DNA of 64,000 nt, from contig CAXXUA010000004.1 in assembly GCA_963663765.2 (NCBI GenBank), forward strand, positions 320,001-384,000. The letters run 5' to 3'. Under the pieces are notes generated by a model, which made no database searches, had not been told where the DNA came from, and saw only the letters and a program-made list of their open reading frames with translations. This document shows, in pieces, positions 31,052-41,689 of this stretch (the stretch's first letter is position 1; every line of letters starts with the position of its first letter). Origin of the DNA: Candidatus Poribacteria bacterium (lineage in GTDB: Bacteria > Poribacteria > WGA-4E > WGA-3G). The position numbers and the translations under genes were made by a program.

Positions 31052-31560
31052 CATAGGTGTCAACTTAAGAAAAAGTCAAGTGCTAAATACCCCATCCCGG
31101 TAGGCGTGCTTTGTAAGTGCGTCGATAAACACAGGATTGGCAACGGCGCGCTTACAACGCACGCCTGCAGTTGAGGGGCGCGCTTACAACGCACGCCTGC
31201 AGTTGAGGGGCGCGCTTACAACGCACGCCTGCAGTTGAGGGGCGCGCTTACAACGCACGCCTTGCAGTTGAGGGGCGCGCTTACAAAGCACGCCTGCAGT
31301 TGAGGGGGGCGCTTACAACGCACGCCTGCAGTTGAGGGGCGCGCTTACAAAGCACGCCTGCAGTTGAGGGGCGCGCTTACAAAGCACGCCTGCAGTTGAG
31401 GGGCGCGCTTACAACGCACGCCTGCAGTTGAGGGGCGCGCTTACAACGCACGCCTGCAGTTGAGGGGCGCGCTTACAACGCACGCCTACCTTGAGTGAGA
31501 AAATCGAGGTTTCAAGGTTTCCCTCTTACAATAATATGAATCGCTAAGTTGACACCTATG
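31052..31560. mobile_element. MITE family E with 20-bp target duplication
   Basis: Perfect 16-bp TIR CATAGGTGTCAACTTA. CCATACGCGAACTTTTACCC at 31032..31051 and 31561..31580. Confidence 0.9.
31146..31490. repeat. Tandem array of 11 REP-derived units (32 bp)
   Basis: GCGCGCTTACAA(C/A)GCACGCCTGCAGTTGAGGG x11 (last partial). Opposite REP at 31099. Confidence 0.92.
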
Positions 31561-31574
31561 CCATACGCGAACTT

Positions 31575-33029
31575 TTACCCCTTAACAACACCAATCGGAC
31601 GGAGACGTGCAACGCGCCGAGAAAGTCCTGCTTCGTCAACAACGCGCACTACTTCATCAACATCCTTGTATGCCTCCGGAACCTCCTCTTGAAGCGTACG
31701 TTTGCCTTCTGCTCGAACGTAGATTCCACGTTTCTCAAGGTCTTTTTGAATAGAACGTCCCTCTGTCAATGCTATTGCTTTACGGCGTGACAGAACCCGA
31801 CCTGCGCCGTGGCATGTTGTTCCAAATGTCTCCGCCATTGCGCCAGGATTTCCAACAAGCACATAAGAAGCAGTCCCCATGTCACCAGGTATCAACACCG
31901 GTTGACCAACTTCCTGATACTTCTCCGGAATTTCAGGATGTCCAGCAGGAAACGCACGTGTGGCACCTTTACGATGGACAAACAGTTCGCGTTCCTCTCC
32001 ATCAACTTCATGCTTCTCAAACTTTCCGATGTTATGTGCGACATCATAGACAAGTTCCAGACCGAGTTCGTCCTCGCTTGTATCAAAATACTTCATAAAG
32101 GTTTGACGGACGAGATGTGTGATACATTGCCGATTGTTCCATGCATAGTTTGCACTACATGCCATTGCTGTGATATAGTCTTGTCCTTCGGGTGAGTTGA
32201 TCGGAGCAGAAGCGAGTTGCTTGTCAGGAAGATTGATACCGTATCTTTCTCCAACTTGAATCCAACTCTTTACGTGTTCATCGCAAATCTGATAACCAAA
32301 ACCTCTTGAACCGGTATGAATCATCACACAGATGTTGCCTACATTCAAACCCATTGCATCCGCTGCTTTTTGATAAAAAATGCGATCAACGACTTGAACT
32401 TCAAGAAAATGGTTACCCGAACCGAGTGTACCGAGCTGATTTTTTCCGCGTTCTAATGCTCTTTGGCTTGCAGCCTCAGCATTGGCATGTTCAAGAAATC
32501 CAGTTGCTTCAGTGAATTGTAAGTCGAGTGGGTGTCCGTATTCACGTTCAATAGCCCATCTTGCTCCTTGTTCTAACATATAACGTTCTTCGTTGAGAGA
32601 GAGTTGTATCTTGCCTTTAGAACCAACACCACAAGGTACATTATCAAAGAGTTCACCGATGAGTCCCTTCGTTCTACCTTCTAACTGTTGGACGTCAAGG
32701 TTAGTTCGAACCAGTCGGACACCACAATTGATGTCGTATCCGATACCACCGGGTGAAACGACACCATCAGCTTTTGGATCTGTTGCTGCGACACCTCCAA
32801 TCACGAATCCGTAACCCCAGTGCAAGTCTGGCATTGCGAGGGAATGTTTGACTATGCCAGGTAGATGTGCAACGTTTGCTACCTGCTGTAAAGCTTCTTC
32901 ACTATTAGTTTGTTTGAGGAGTTTTTCATTCGCATATACCAGACCATCCACACGCATGCCTTTCATATAACTTTTAGGTATTCGCCATCTGTAATCGTCC
33001 AATTTTTGAAGCGTAACTTTTGTTGCCAT
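31575..33029 (-). CDS. rtcB: RNA-splicing ligase RtcB
   Basis: MPDLHWGYG, GYDINCG, GSGNHF, HTGSRG, HRKGAT, HGAGR. Confidence 0.95.
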   Translation of the reverse strand: MATKVTLQKLDDYRWRIPKSYMKGMRVDGLVYANEKLLKQTNSEEALQQVANVAHLPGIVKHSLAMPDLHWGYGFVIGGVAATDPKADGVVSPGGIGYDINCGVRLVRTNLDVQQLEGRTKGLIGELFDNVPCGVGSKGKIQLSLNEERYMLEQGARWAIEREYGHPLDLQFTEATGFLEHANAEAASQRALERGKNQLGTLGSGNHFLEVQVVDRIFYQKAADAMGLNVGNICVMIHTGSRGFGYQICDEHVKSWIQVGERYGINLPDKQLASAPINSPEGQDYITAMACSANYAWNNRQCITHLVRQTFMKYFDTSEDELGLELVYDVAHNIGKFEKHEVDGEERELFVHRKGATRAFPAGHPEIPEKYQEVGQPVLIPGDMGTASYVLVGNPGAMAETFGTTCHGAGRVLSRRKAIALTEGRSIQKDLEKRGIYVRAEGKRTLQEEVPEAYKDVDEVVRVVDEAGLSRRVARLRPIGVVKG

Positions 33030-33048
33030 TTTTCAACTCCTATTTTGT

Positions 33049-34221
33049 TTACGTTATGATAGATAATTCTGGTAATTCTACCCATCTGCGTGTCCTCCAA
33101 GACTCCATTCCTTTTTCTGCTAATTGCACACCCTTTGCACCTTCAAGCAGTGTCCAAGGGAATGGTTCGTCAGTAACAACATGTCTAAGGAACAACTCCC
33201 ATTGTGCTCGAAATGCGTTCTCATAATTTTCCTGCTCTGGAACTTTTAACCAACCGTCATAGAAATTAATCGGTTGTTCTATATCAGGATTCCAAACAGG
33301 ACGCGGTGTGCCGGATAGCGGTTGTATCCAACAATCTCGTAAACCTGCCACTGCGGAGCCGTCCAATCCATCAACTTGTATTGTCAACAGATCATCACGT
33401 CTAACGCGCACTGCCCACGATGAATTGAAGTGTGCAATAATATCATTTTCTATATCAAAAGAAGCATAAGCAGCATCTTCTGCAGTACAAGTATACGGTT
33501 TATTCTCTTCGTCCCATCGTTGCGATAGATGTGTTGTAGCAGTACAAGAAACACCTTTCACAGCACCGAATAGGTTATCTAACACATATCGCCAATGGCT
33601 AAACATATCCAAGATGATTCCCCCTCCATCCTCTGCTCTATAGTTCCATGAAGGACGTTGCGTTGGGATAGCGTCACCTTGAAAAACCCAATAACCGAAT
33701 TCACCGCGCACTGCGATAATTTTGCCAAAAAAGTCAGCATCAATCAATCGTTTTAGTTTTCTAATACCGGGTAACCAGAGTTTGTCCTGTACTACCCCGT
33801 TTTTAAGTCCAGCATTTGCTGCTTGTTCGTATAGCCGATAAGCATCTTCTGTCTTTGTTGCAGTTGGCTTCTCACAATAGATGTGTTTTCCGGCAGCGAT
33901 TGCGGCTTCAACAGCATCAACACGTCGTGAGGTAACTTGTGCATCAAAATAGACCGGAAATGCGTCATCAGCAAGAGCAGCGTCAAGGTCTGTGCTCCAT
34001 TTTTCTACACCAGTAGCCTCTGACAACTTCTCTAATTTCGCAGGATTCCTGCCGACGAGAAACGGATCGGGTAATATCGCTTCACCTTCCCCAATTGGGA
34101 TTCCACCATCTTCTTTTATTGCCAAAATAGAGCGAATTAAGTGTTGGTTTGTCCCCATCCTACCAGTAACACCGTTCATGATGATACCAACACGATGTGT
34201 CTTTTGTGAATGATTTGTCAT
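33049..34221 (-). CDS. Gfo/Idh/MocA family oxidoreductase
   Basis: NGVTGRMG, CEKP, GGGIILDM. Confidence 0.9.
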   Translation of the reverse strand: MTNHSQKTHRVGIIMNGVTGRMGTNQHLIRSILAIKEDGGIPIGEGEAILPDPFLVGRNPAKLEKLSEATGVEKWSTDLDAALADDAFPVYFDAQVTSRRVDAVEAAIAAGKHIYCEKPTATKTEDAYRLYEQAANAGLKNGVVQDKLWLPGIRKLKRLIDADFFGKIIAVRGEFGYWVFQGDAIPTQRPSWNYRAEDGGGIILDMFSHWRYVLDNLFGAVKGVSCTATTHLSQRWDEENKPYTCTAEDAAYASFDIENDIIAHFNSSWAVRVRRDDLLTIQVDGLDGSAVAGLRDCWIQPLSGTPRPVWNPDIEQPINFYDGWLKVPEQENYENAFRAQWELFLRHVVTDEPFPWTLLEGAKGVQLAEKGMESWRTRRWVELPELSIIT

Positions 34222-34246
34222 TTACAATCCTTATCTGTTAAATATA

Positions 34247-34382
34247 CAGGACTTACGCTGTTCCTCTTAAAATCCCTGATAAGGGAACTTAGGGGGGTGT
34301 AAAGTTTTGGTTACTGTGCGTAGGGGCGGGGTCTCCCCACCCAATCAGAGGCTTCACGCAGGCGAGGTAACCTCGCCACTAC
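34247..34382. repeat. Truncated family B end plus inverted REP pair
   Basis: CAGGACTTACGC, GTAGGGGCGGGG..., and GGCGAGGTAACCTCGCCACTAC. Confidence 0.5.
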
Positions 34383-34604
34383 GATGTCCACAGCCCCCTA
34401 ACGTCAAGCAAACTTGATAGAAACTGGACGGACTTCTTTTAATATCAGGGTTTCTACAAAAACTTTACATACCAAACTTAGAGGGTTTTCGTAGGTCGAG
34501 TTTCGCAAACTCTACCCAACATACAGTCTAATCATACTTCTTGCGCGTAGCAGTGAAATCGCTAGCAGTCAGAAATACACACCACTTGGCATGGGTATTC
34601 CAGC

Positions 34605-35567
34605 TCAGTTTTCAAGGTTCAAGAGGGCCTCTGTAAACGCATCTACATCTAATGCTTGGGCAGCGACTCGGTGTAAATGATCCAGACGTTGCAGATTGTC
34701 AATTGTCCTGAGAAAAGGTTTTAATTTCTCTGCGACATCGGTTTGAAACCTGACCTCTAACACCGTGAGGATTGATTCAACAGCTTGTTCTTTCTTACCT
34801 TGTTCAATCCCTTGTTCAATCCCTTGTTCAATCCCTTGTTCAATCCCTTGTTCAATCCCTTGTTCAATCCCTTGCTGTATGCCGCGTTGTATCACGCTTT
34901 CGTAAACAGGTGATTCTCTCATGAGTGCCTCCAATGTACCATCCTGAAAAAGTTCAGGTGGATGAATTAAACCCCCAAATATAGATAGGGCATATAATAA
35001 CGTACCCCGGGTGCGGCTGTCAACAGGTGCCGCTTTCGTTGTTTCTATACACCTTTCAACCCATGCTTCTGGTGCGGTCCCTGTAGGGGGTCTCATCAAA
35101 GGTGTAAATGGTAACAAACCAACAGCACCCGGATCCAAATATGACTCGCCTTCTAACTCGTAGACCCTAATCACATTATACCTAAACTGCAACCCTCCGA
35201 TGACTTCATCTCCATACATATAATGTCCAAGATCGTTTTGTCCCGCAGGGGGACGGAGATAGAAGACCGTGGAATAGACGTTCATCTCATGCTGGTGGAC
35301 GAGAAAACTCACATACGCCAGCATCCGTAACGGCATCGGTTTATCCCGACTCTCCTCCGTTTGTGCCTCTATATGCAGTATGGCTTCTTCACCTCTATCA
35401 GGTAGCGAGACCCGAAACGTCAGATCACTGTGATGTAACTTCACCGTGGGTTGTTCGGTGTTCAGAGAGTCTCTCACTCTCACTTGTTCTGTTTCCAGTG
35501 CCAACGCTGCGAGTTGATCAGGCGAATATTCTCCTAAATGTTTGAATAGTTCATCATAATGTGCCAT
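34605..35567 (-). CDS. Rpn/YhgA-like PD-(D/E)xK nuclease family putative transposase
   Basis: SDL...HIEAQ...MPLRMLAY. C-terminal (IEQG)x6 encoded by a 12-bp repeat at 34798..34869. Confidence 0.85.
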   Translation of the reverse strand: MAHYDELFKHLGEYSPDQLAALALETEQVRVRDSLNTEQPTVKLHHSDLTFRVSLPDRGEEAILHIEAQTEESRDKPMPLRMLAYVSFLVHQHEMNVYSTVFYLRPPAGQNDLGHYMYGDEVIGGLQFRYNVIRVYELEGESYLDPGAVGLLPFTPLMRPPTGTAPEAWVERCIETTKAAPVDSRTRGTLLYALSIFGGLIHPPELFQDGTLEALMRESPVYESVIQRGIQQGIEQGIEQGIEQGIEQGIEQGIEQGKKEQAVESILTVLEVRFQTDVAEKLKPFLRTIDNLQRLDHLHRVAAQALDVDAFTEALLNLEN

Positions 35568-35798
35568 GATGAGTATTATACACACCGATAAGAAAAATAT
35601 CAAGGGAATGCTTTGTCAAGGCAGAGGAATTCAATTGTCACAAAGTATCTTTGTTGGAGGGTTTTCCAACCCCGAATTTTCATGCGGGATATCTGAAATC
35701 GGGGTTTGAAAACGTTCCAACAATAGCGAAATGGGGATTAGGTAACCACTAAATTGATGCCTATTGCCCGTTTTCTAACCGTTATCAAGGGGGACGAA

Positions 35799-36248
35799 CT
35801 ACGTCTTAGGTTTGTCAGTGCATTGCGGTGCAGCACCTTCTGGTAAAGGAGGAACATCAATTCCCGCTTTCGGCAGTGTACCAGCGAGTTCCTGTTTCCA
35901 ATGGTCAACATCGCCTGCCGGTCCGTAGCAATAAACCATTTTCATCGGTGTGTCGCTGGTATTCGTCAACTGATGAAAAACCCATGATGGAATAAAAACA
36001 GTTTGTCCAGTAGAAACTGTCTCACGTTCTTCTCCGAGACACATTTCTCCTTCACCCTCAACGATGAAGTAAATCTCTTCCTGCTCATGATTGTGCCACG
36101 GCACCTGACCACCGTTTGGTTCTAACACTACGAACCCCATGCAAAATTCATCTATCTGTATAGGAGATGCACCACCGACAAGATTTCTGGTTAATCTACG
36201 GGCAGGATATGTTCTACCCTCAATTTTATTTACATCTGCAATTAACAT
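35799..36248 (-). CDS. Cupin domain protein
   Basis: PWHNHEQEEIYF and FIPSWVFHQL. Confidence 0.9.
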   Translation of the reverse strand: MLIADVNKIEGRTYPARRLTRNLVGGASPIQIDEFCMGFVVLEPNGGQVPWHNHEQEEIYFIVEGEGEMCLGEERETVSTGQTVFIPSWVFHQLTNTSDTPMKMVYCYGPAGDVDHWKQELAGTLPKAGIDVPPLPEGAAPQCTDKPKT

Positions 36249-36280
36249 TGTGTTATCCTTTCCAAGTATTTTATGATGTT

Positions 36281-36850
36281 CTATTCAAAAAGTTCTGCCA
36301 CCTGACAAGAAAACCCTTCGACAACCTCCTCACCGCTGAGCGTGTCATTCCGTGTGAGGACTGTGATGTCCGTTTCAGATCGATAGACGGTCACTGTTTT
36401 GGAGCTGGGTTTAAGCACCCACACCAATTGCGTTCCTGCTTCAAGATAGGCGAATGCTTTTTCTTCAACTCTGGATGATGCATCTGTCGGGGAGACAACT
36501 TCAACAGCAAGATCCGGTGGGATTGGCGATGACTTGCTAATATTTTCTGGAATGTGAGTGTTCGAAAGAAACGCTATATCAGGTATGAGTACACGTTCAC
36601 CTACCTGAAAACCTGTGCTAGAAACTGAGATACATCCAATATTTTTTTCACGAACATACGTGCCTAAAAGCAAAATTAAGTTTACACTAATGAAACTGTG
36701 TTCCAATGAGGTAGGTGGCATTAGTAATAATTCTCCTTTTACATATTCATATCCTTCTAAATCGCTTTCAAGGAATTCCTCTAACGTCATTTTGGGAAGC
36801 TCAGCAGGAAGACTATCTGGCGTGATTTGATGAACTTCTTGTGCGTCCAT
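36281..36850 (-). CDS. Uma2 family endonuclease (copy 4)
   Basis: IPDIAF, PDLAVEVVSP, YLEAG. Confidence 0.9.
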   Translation of the reverse strand: MDAQEVHQITPDSLPAELPKMTLEEFLESDLEGYEYVKGELLLMPPTSLEHSFISVNLILLLGTYVREKNIGCISVSSTGFQVGERVLIPDIAFLSNTHIPENISKSSPIPPDLAVEVVSPTDASSRVEEKAFAYLEAGTQLVWVLKPSSKTVTVYRSETDITVLTRNDTLSGEEVVEGFSCQVAELFE

Positions 36851-36947
36851 TGTTTCTCCTCCTATGATGTGTAATCTCAGTTTTCTACTGTCAATTGACA
36901 GTTTTACCATAATACCATTCTACTTGCTACAGTTGGATAATTTCTAT

Positions 36948-37514
36948 CTATTCAAAAAGTTCTGCCACCTGACAAGAGAACCCATCAACTACATCTTCAC
37001 CACTGAGCGTGTCATTCCGTGTAAGTAATGTTATTTCTGTTTCAGAACGATAAACAGTTACCGTTTTGGCTCGGGGTTCCAGTACCCATACCAACTGTGT
37101 ACCTGCTTCAAGATAAGCAAATACCTTTTCTTGAATTCGGCTCAATGTGTCTGAAGGAGAGACGACTTCAACAGCAAGGTCTGGTGGAACTGGTGACACT
37201 TTGCTAATACTTTCTGGCATATTGGCTCTGGTAATAAAGGCAATATCTGGAATAAGAACACGATCCCCAACGGCAAATCCTACATCCATATAGATGTCCC
37301 CCAATTGGTTTTCTCGAATATATAAACCTAATGGTAAAAATAGGTTTGTACAAATCCTACCATGTAAGATTGATGGAGGTGCCATCGGAATTAATTCTCC
37401 TTTTATATATTCAAATCCTTCTAAATCGCTCTCAAGGAATTCCTCCAATGTCATCTTCGGTAGCTCAGCAGGAAGACTATCTGACGTGATTTGATGAACT
37501 TCTTGTGCTTCCAT
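36948..37514 (-). CDS. Uma2 family endonuclease (copy 3)
   Basis: Same motifs. GGAGG-like SD. Confidence 0.9.
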   Translation of the reverse strand: MEAQEVHQITSDSLPAELPKMTLEEFLESDLEGFEYIKGELIPMAPPSILHGRICTNLFLPLGLYIRENQLGDIYMDVGFAVGDRVLIPDIAFITRANMPESISKVSPVPPDLAVEVVSPSDTLSRIQEKVFAYLEAGTQLVWVLEPRAKTVTVYRSETEITLLTRNDTLSGEDVVDGFSCQVAELFE

Positions 37515-37639
37515 TGTTTCACCTCCCTTTATATCTAAACTTAGGTTTCTACTATCAATTGAAAATATTTCCCATAATACCATTCTACTTGCTACAGTTG
37601 GCCAATTTCTATCTGTTAATTCTGTCTGTTAAAAAAGTT

Positions 37640-38206
37640 CTATTCAAAAAGTTCTGCCACCTGACAGGAAAATCCCGCAACTACCTCTTCACCACTGAGT
37701 GTATCATTCCGTGTTAGAATCTTGATGTCTGTTTCAGAACGATAAACAGTTACCGTTTTGGCTCGGGGTTCCAGTACCCATACCAACTGTGTACCTGCTT
37801 CAAGATAAGCAAATACCTTTTCTTGAATTCGGTTCAATGTGTCTGATGGAGAAACAACTTCAACAGCAAGGTCCGGTGGAACCGGAGATGCTTTGCTCGG
37901 GTCAATAGGGATCCGATCTGTTGAAATAAAGGCAATATCTGGTATCAACACACGTTCACCAACCCGGAAACCTGTCTCAGAGAGAACACGCCCCAGTTGA
38001 TTTTCACGAACGTACAAGTGTAACAGAGAACTTAGGTTCACACTAATGTAGCCGTGTTCTACTGACGTAGGCACCATGGGAATTAACTCTCCTTTTATGT
38101 ATTCATATCCTTCTAAATCGCTCTCAAGGAATTCCTCCAAAGTCATCTTAGGAAGCTCAGCGGGAAGACTCTCTGGTGTGATTTGATGAACTTCTTGTGC
38201 ATCCAT
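37640..38206 (-). CDS. Uma2 family endonuclease (copy 2)
   Basis: Same motifs. Confidence 0.9.
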   Translation of the reverse strand: MDAQEVHQITPESLPAELPKMTLEEFLESDLEGYEYIKGELIPMVPTSVEHGYISVNLSSLLHLYVRENQLGRVLSETGFRVGERVLIPDIAFISTDRIPIDPSKASPVPPDLAVEVVSPSDTLNRIQEKVFAYLEAGTQLVWVLEPRAKTVTVYRSETDIKILTRNDTLSGEEVVAGFSCQVAELFE

Positions 38207-38318
38207 TGTTTCCCCTCCTATGATGTGTAAACTTAGGTTTCTACTATCAATTGAAAATATTTACCATAATACCATTCTACTTGCTACAGTTGGACAATTT
38301 CTGTCTGTTAATAACGTT

Positions 38319-38888
38319 CTATTCAAAAAGTTCTGATACCTGACAGGAAAATCCTTCCACCACTTCTTCACCGCTGAGCGTGTCATTCCGCGTGAGTAAT
38401 GTTATTTCTGTTTCAGAACGATAAACAGTTACCGTTTTGGCTCGGGGTTCAAGAATCCATACCAACTGAGTACCTGCTTCAAGATAAGCAAATACCTTTT
38501 CTTGAATTCGGTTCAATGTATCTGAAGGAGAGACAACTTCAACAGCAAGGTCTGGTGGAATAGGAGATGCTTTACTCGGGTCAATAGGGATCCGATCTGT
38601 TGAAATAAAGGCAATATCTGGTATCAACACACGTTCACCAACACGGAAACCTGTACCAGAAACCGCAATACATCCTAACTGATTTTCATGAACATGAGAT
38701 CCTAAATAAACAGTTATTTTAGCACTAATTTTGCCATGTTCCACTGAAGTAGGCGGCATAGGAAATAACTCTCCTTTAATGTATTCATATCCTTCTAAAT
38801 CGCTCTCAAGGAATTCCTCCAAAGTCATTTTTGGTAGCTCAGCAGGAAGATTATCTGACGTGATTTGATGAACTTCTTGTGCATCCAT
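38319..38888 (-). CDS. Uma2 family endonuclease (copy 1)
   Basis: Same motifs. AGGAGG SD. Confidence 0.9.
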   Translation of the reverse strand: MDAQEVHQITSDNLPAELPKMTLEEFLESDLEGYEYIKGELFPMPPTSVEHGKISAKITVYLGSHVHENQLGCIAVSGTGFRVGERVLIPDIAFISTDRIPIDPSKASPIPPDLAVEVVSPSDTLNRIQEKVFAYLEAGTQLVWILEPRAKTVTVYRSETEITLLTRNDTLSGEEVVEGFSCQVSELFE

Positions 38889-39055
38889 TGCTCTCCTCCT
38901 TTTATAGGTTATCTTTGGTTTGTCTATAGTCAATTTACCACAAATAGAGTCCGAAATTCAACCGAATTTATATTATGATGAACATCGTTAAAAACAAAGA
39001 TGCGCGCCCTTGATAGCACGCGCACCTTTAAATATACGATATATGATGCAATTAC

Positions 39056-41689
39056 CTATGCTTTAGATTCAATGACTGCTTGCGCTGCAGCAAGACGTGC
39101 TATTGGAACACGAAACGGCGAACAAGATACATAATCGAAATCTAAGCCGTGGCAGAACTTCACGGAATTCGGTTCTCCACCGTGTTCTCCACAGATACCA
39201 ACCTTTAGATCCGGACGTGCTGAACGCCCTTTTTCACAACCGATCTCTAAAAGGATGCCAACGCCTTCCTGATCCAGAACTTGAAACGGATCGTATTCAA
39301 GCACACCATTTCTAACATAGTCATCAAGAAACTTCACAGCATCATCACGACTCATTCCGAATGTTGTCTGTGTCAGGTCGTTAGTGCCATAAGAGAAAAA
39401 TTCTGCTTCCGCAGCGATTTTGTCTGCTGTAAGGGCAGCACGCGGTAGTTCAATCATCGTACCAACAAGGTATTTAACTCGAGTACCTGTCTCCTTAAAA
39501 ACCTCCTCAGCAGTATCTACGACAACTTTACGTTGCAGTGAGAACTCATTTATATGACCAACGAGTGGTATCATGATTTCTGGGAATATCTTTATACCTC
39601 GTTTGGCAACATCCACGGCAGCTTCAAAGATAGCACGCGCCTGCATCTCGGTAATCTCAGGATATACAATACCAAGCCTGCATCCACGATGCCCAAGCAT
39701 GGGATTAAATTCATGTAGTTCTTCAACGCGTTCACGTAACTTCTGAGCATCAACATTGATTCGTTGCGATAGTTCGTTGATTTCAGATTCGTTCTTCGGT
39801 AAGAATTCATGTAGCGGCGGATCCAGAGTTCGGATGGTGACAGGATAACCAGCCATTGCTTCAAAGATACCTATGAAATCTGTTCGTTGATGTGAGAGCA
39901 GTTTCGTCAATGCTTGCTTACGTTCAGTTGTATCATCAGCAAGGATCATCTCTCGAACAGCATCAATACCTGTGCCAAAGAACATGTGTTCAGTTCTGCA
40001 AAGACCTATCCCTTCTGCGCCGAAATGTCTCGCATTTTTCGCGTCTTCAGGCGTATCGGCATTTGTCCGAATATTCAGAGAACGAACTTCATCTGCCCAC
40101 TCCATCAAGATACCGAATTGTCCACTCAGTTCAGGTTGAATCAGTGACACTTGACCTTTGAGCACATCACCTTTTGAACCGTTGAGTGTAATAAAATCTC
40201 CTTCTGAATAACGATTACCACCTGCAATAAATTCTTTTGTATCCTCATTGACAAATAGGTCGGAACACCCAGCAACACAACATTTACCCATCCCTCGTGC
40301 GACCACAGCAGCGTGACTTGTCATACCCCCGCGCGCAGTCAAGATTCCTTCTGCAGCATCCATTCCACCAATATCTTCAGGTGAAGTTTCTGTACGGACA
40401 AGAATCACTTTTTCACCTTCAGCAGCGAGTTCTTCAGCACGGAGTGCAGTAAATACAACCTTACCAACAGCGGCACCAGGAGATGCGGGTAGTCCTTGTG
40501 CAATGATTTCTACAGATGCGTCAGGATCTACGCTCGGATGTAACAACTGATCAAGATCGTTCGCCGGTATACGTGTCAGTGCAGTTTCTTTATCTATCAA
40601 TCCCTCTTCTACCATTTCAACAGCAATGCGAACAGCGGCTTGTCCAGTGCGTTTGCCATTACGGGTTTGAAGCATATAGAGTGTACCATCTTGAATCGTA
40701 AACTCCACATCCTGCATGTCATTATAGTGTTTCTCTAATTTCCGACCAATGCTAACCAATTCATCATAAGCATCAGGTTGAATATTTCTCAATTCCGATA
40801 TAGGCAAAGGTGTTCTTATACCTGCTACCACATCCTCTCCTTGCGCATTCATCAGAAATTCACCATAGAATTGATTTGCACCCGTAGATGGATTACGAGA
40901 AAAAGCAACACCCGTACCAGAACTACCCCCCATATTACCGAATACCATCACTTGAACGTTAACTGCAGTGCGTCCAAGCTCCTCAGAAATATCGTTTAGA
41001 CGACGGTATGTAATCGCCCGTTGGTTACCAGATGATTCAAACACCGCATCACGTGACATATCTAACTGACGCCGCGGTTCATCAGGAAAATCATTACCTG
41101 TTCTCTGTTTAATAACTGCTTTGAATTCACCCACAAGTTCCTTCAGATCCGATGCTTCCAACTCGGTATCTAATGTAACACCTATTGCTTTCTTCTTTTC
41201 TTCAAGGAGATGTTCAAATTCATGATGATCCACACGCATCACAACGTTGCCGAACATTTGAACAAACCGCCTATATGCATCATAGGCAAATCTCTCATTA
41301 CCAGACTTTGCGATTAATCCTTTGACCGCATCATCGTTTAAGCCCAGGTTTAAAATGGTATCCATCATACCCGGCATAGAAACTGCTGCACCAGAACGAA
41401 CTGAAAGCAGTAACGGATCTTCTGTATCACCGAATTTTGCTCCGAGCACCTCTTCCAAATTATGAAGGTTCTCAGTTATCTGTTGATCAAGTCCAGTTGG
41501 GTAGTTCTTATCATTATCGTAATAATACTTACATACTTCAGTGGAAATCGTGAAGCCGGGGGGTACTGGGATTCCCAGAGTCGTCATCTCAGCGAGATTT
41601 GCTCCCTTACCACCGAGTAAAAGACGCATCGTAGCATCACCTTCACCTTCACCACCTCCAAAGAAGTAAACATACTTGGGTTGTGTCAT
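39056..41689 (-). CDS. ppdK: Pyruvate, phosphate dikinase
   Basis: LGGKGANLAEM, GGMTSHAAVVARG, GICGEHGG. Confidence 0.97.
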   Translation of the reverse strand: MTQPKYVYFFGGGEGEGDATMRLLLGGKGANLAEMTTLGIPVPPGFTISTEVCKYYYDNDKNYPTGLDQQITENLHNLEEVLGAKFGDTEDPLLLSVRSGAAVSMPGMMDTILNLGLNDDAVKGLIAKSGNERFAYDAYRRFVQMFGNVVMRVDHHEFEHLLEEKKKAIGVTLDTELEASDLKELVGEFKAVIKQRTGNDFPDEPRRQLDMSRDAVFESSGNQRAITYRRLNDISEELGRTAVNVQVMVFGNMGGSSGTGVAFSRNPSTGANQFYGEFLMNAQGEDVVAGIRTPLPISELRNIQPDAYDELVSIGRKLEKHYNDMQDVEFTIQDGTLYMLQTRNGKRTGQAAVRIAVEMVEEGLIDKETALTRIPANDLDQLLHPSVDPDASVEIIAQGLPASPGAAVGKVVFTALRAEELAAEGEKVILVRTETSPEDIGGMDAAEGILTARGGMTSHAAVVARGMGKCCVAGCSDLFVNEDTKEFIAGGNRYSEGDFITLNGSKGDVLKGQVSLIQPELSGQFGILMEWADEVRSLNIRTNADTPEDAKNARHFGAEGIGLCRTEHMFFGTGIDAVREMILADDTTERKQALTKLLSHQRTDFIGIFEAMAGYPVTIRTLDPPLHEFLPKNESEINELSQRINVDAQKLRERVEELHEFNPMLGHRGCRLGIVYPEITEMQARAIFEAAVDVAKRGIKIFPEIMIPLVGHINEFSLQRKVVVDTAEEVFKETGTRVKYLVGTMIELPRAALTADKIAAEAEFFSYGTNDLTQTTFGMSRDDAVKFLDDYVRNGVLEYDPFQVLDQEGVGILLEIGCEKGRSARPDLKVGICGEHGGEPNSVKFCHGLDFDYVSCSPFRVPIARLAAAQAVIESKA

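Noticed and set aside
31146-31490. CRISPR array
   Set aside because: Units abut with an invariant linker and there are no spacers.
31575-33029. rtcB as part of the SNF2/GHKL/RelE module
   Set aside because: It is closely linked to the upstream oxidoreductase and separated from SNF2 by about 650 bp of repeats. Only co-orientation supports a link.
34798-34869. 12-bp repeat as a phase-variation switch
   Set aside because: In-frame IEQG repeats are a common feature of Rpn-family C-termini.
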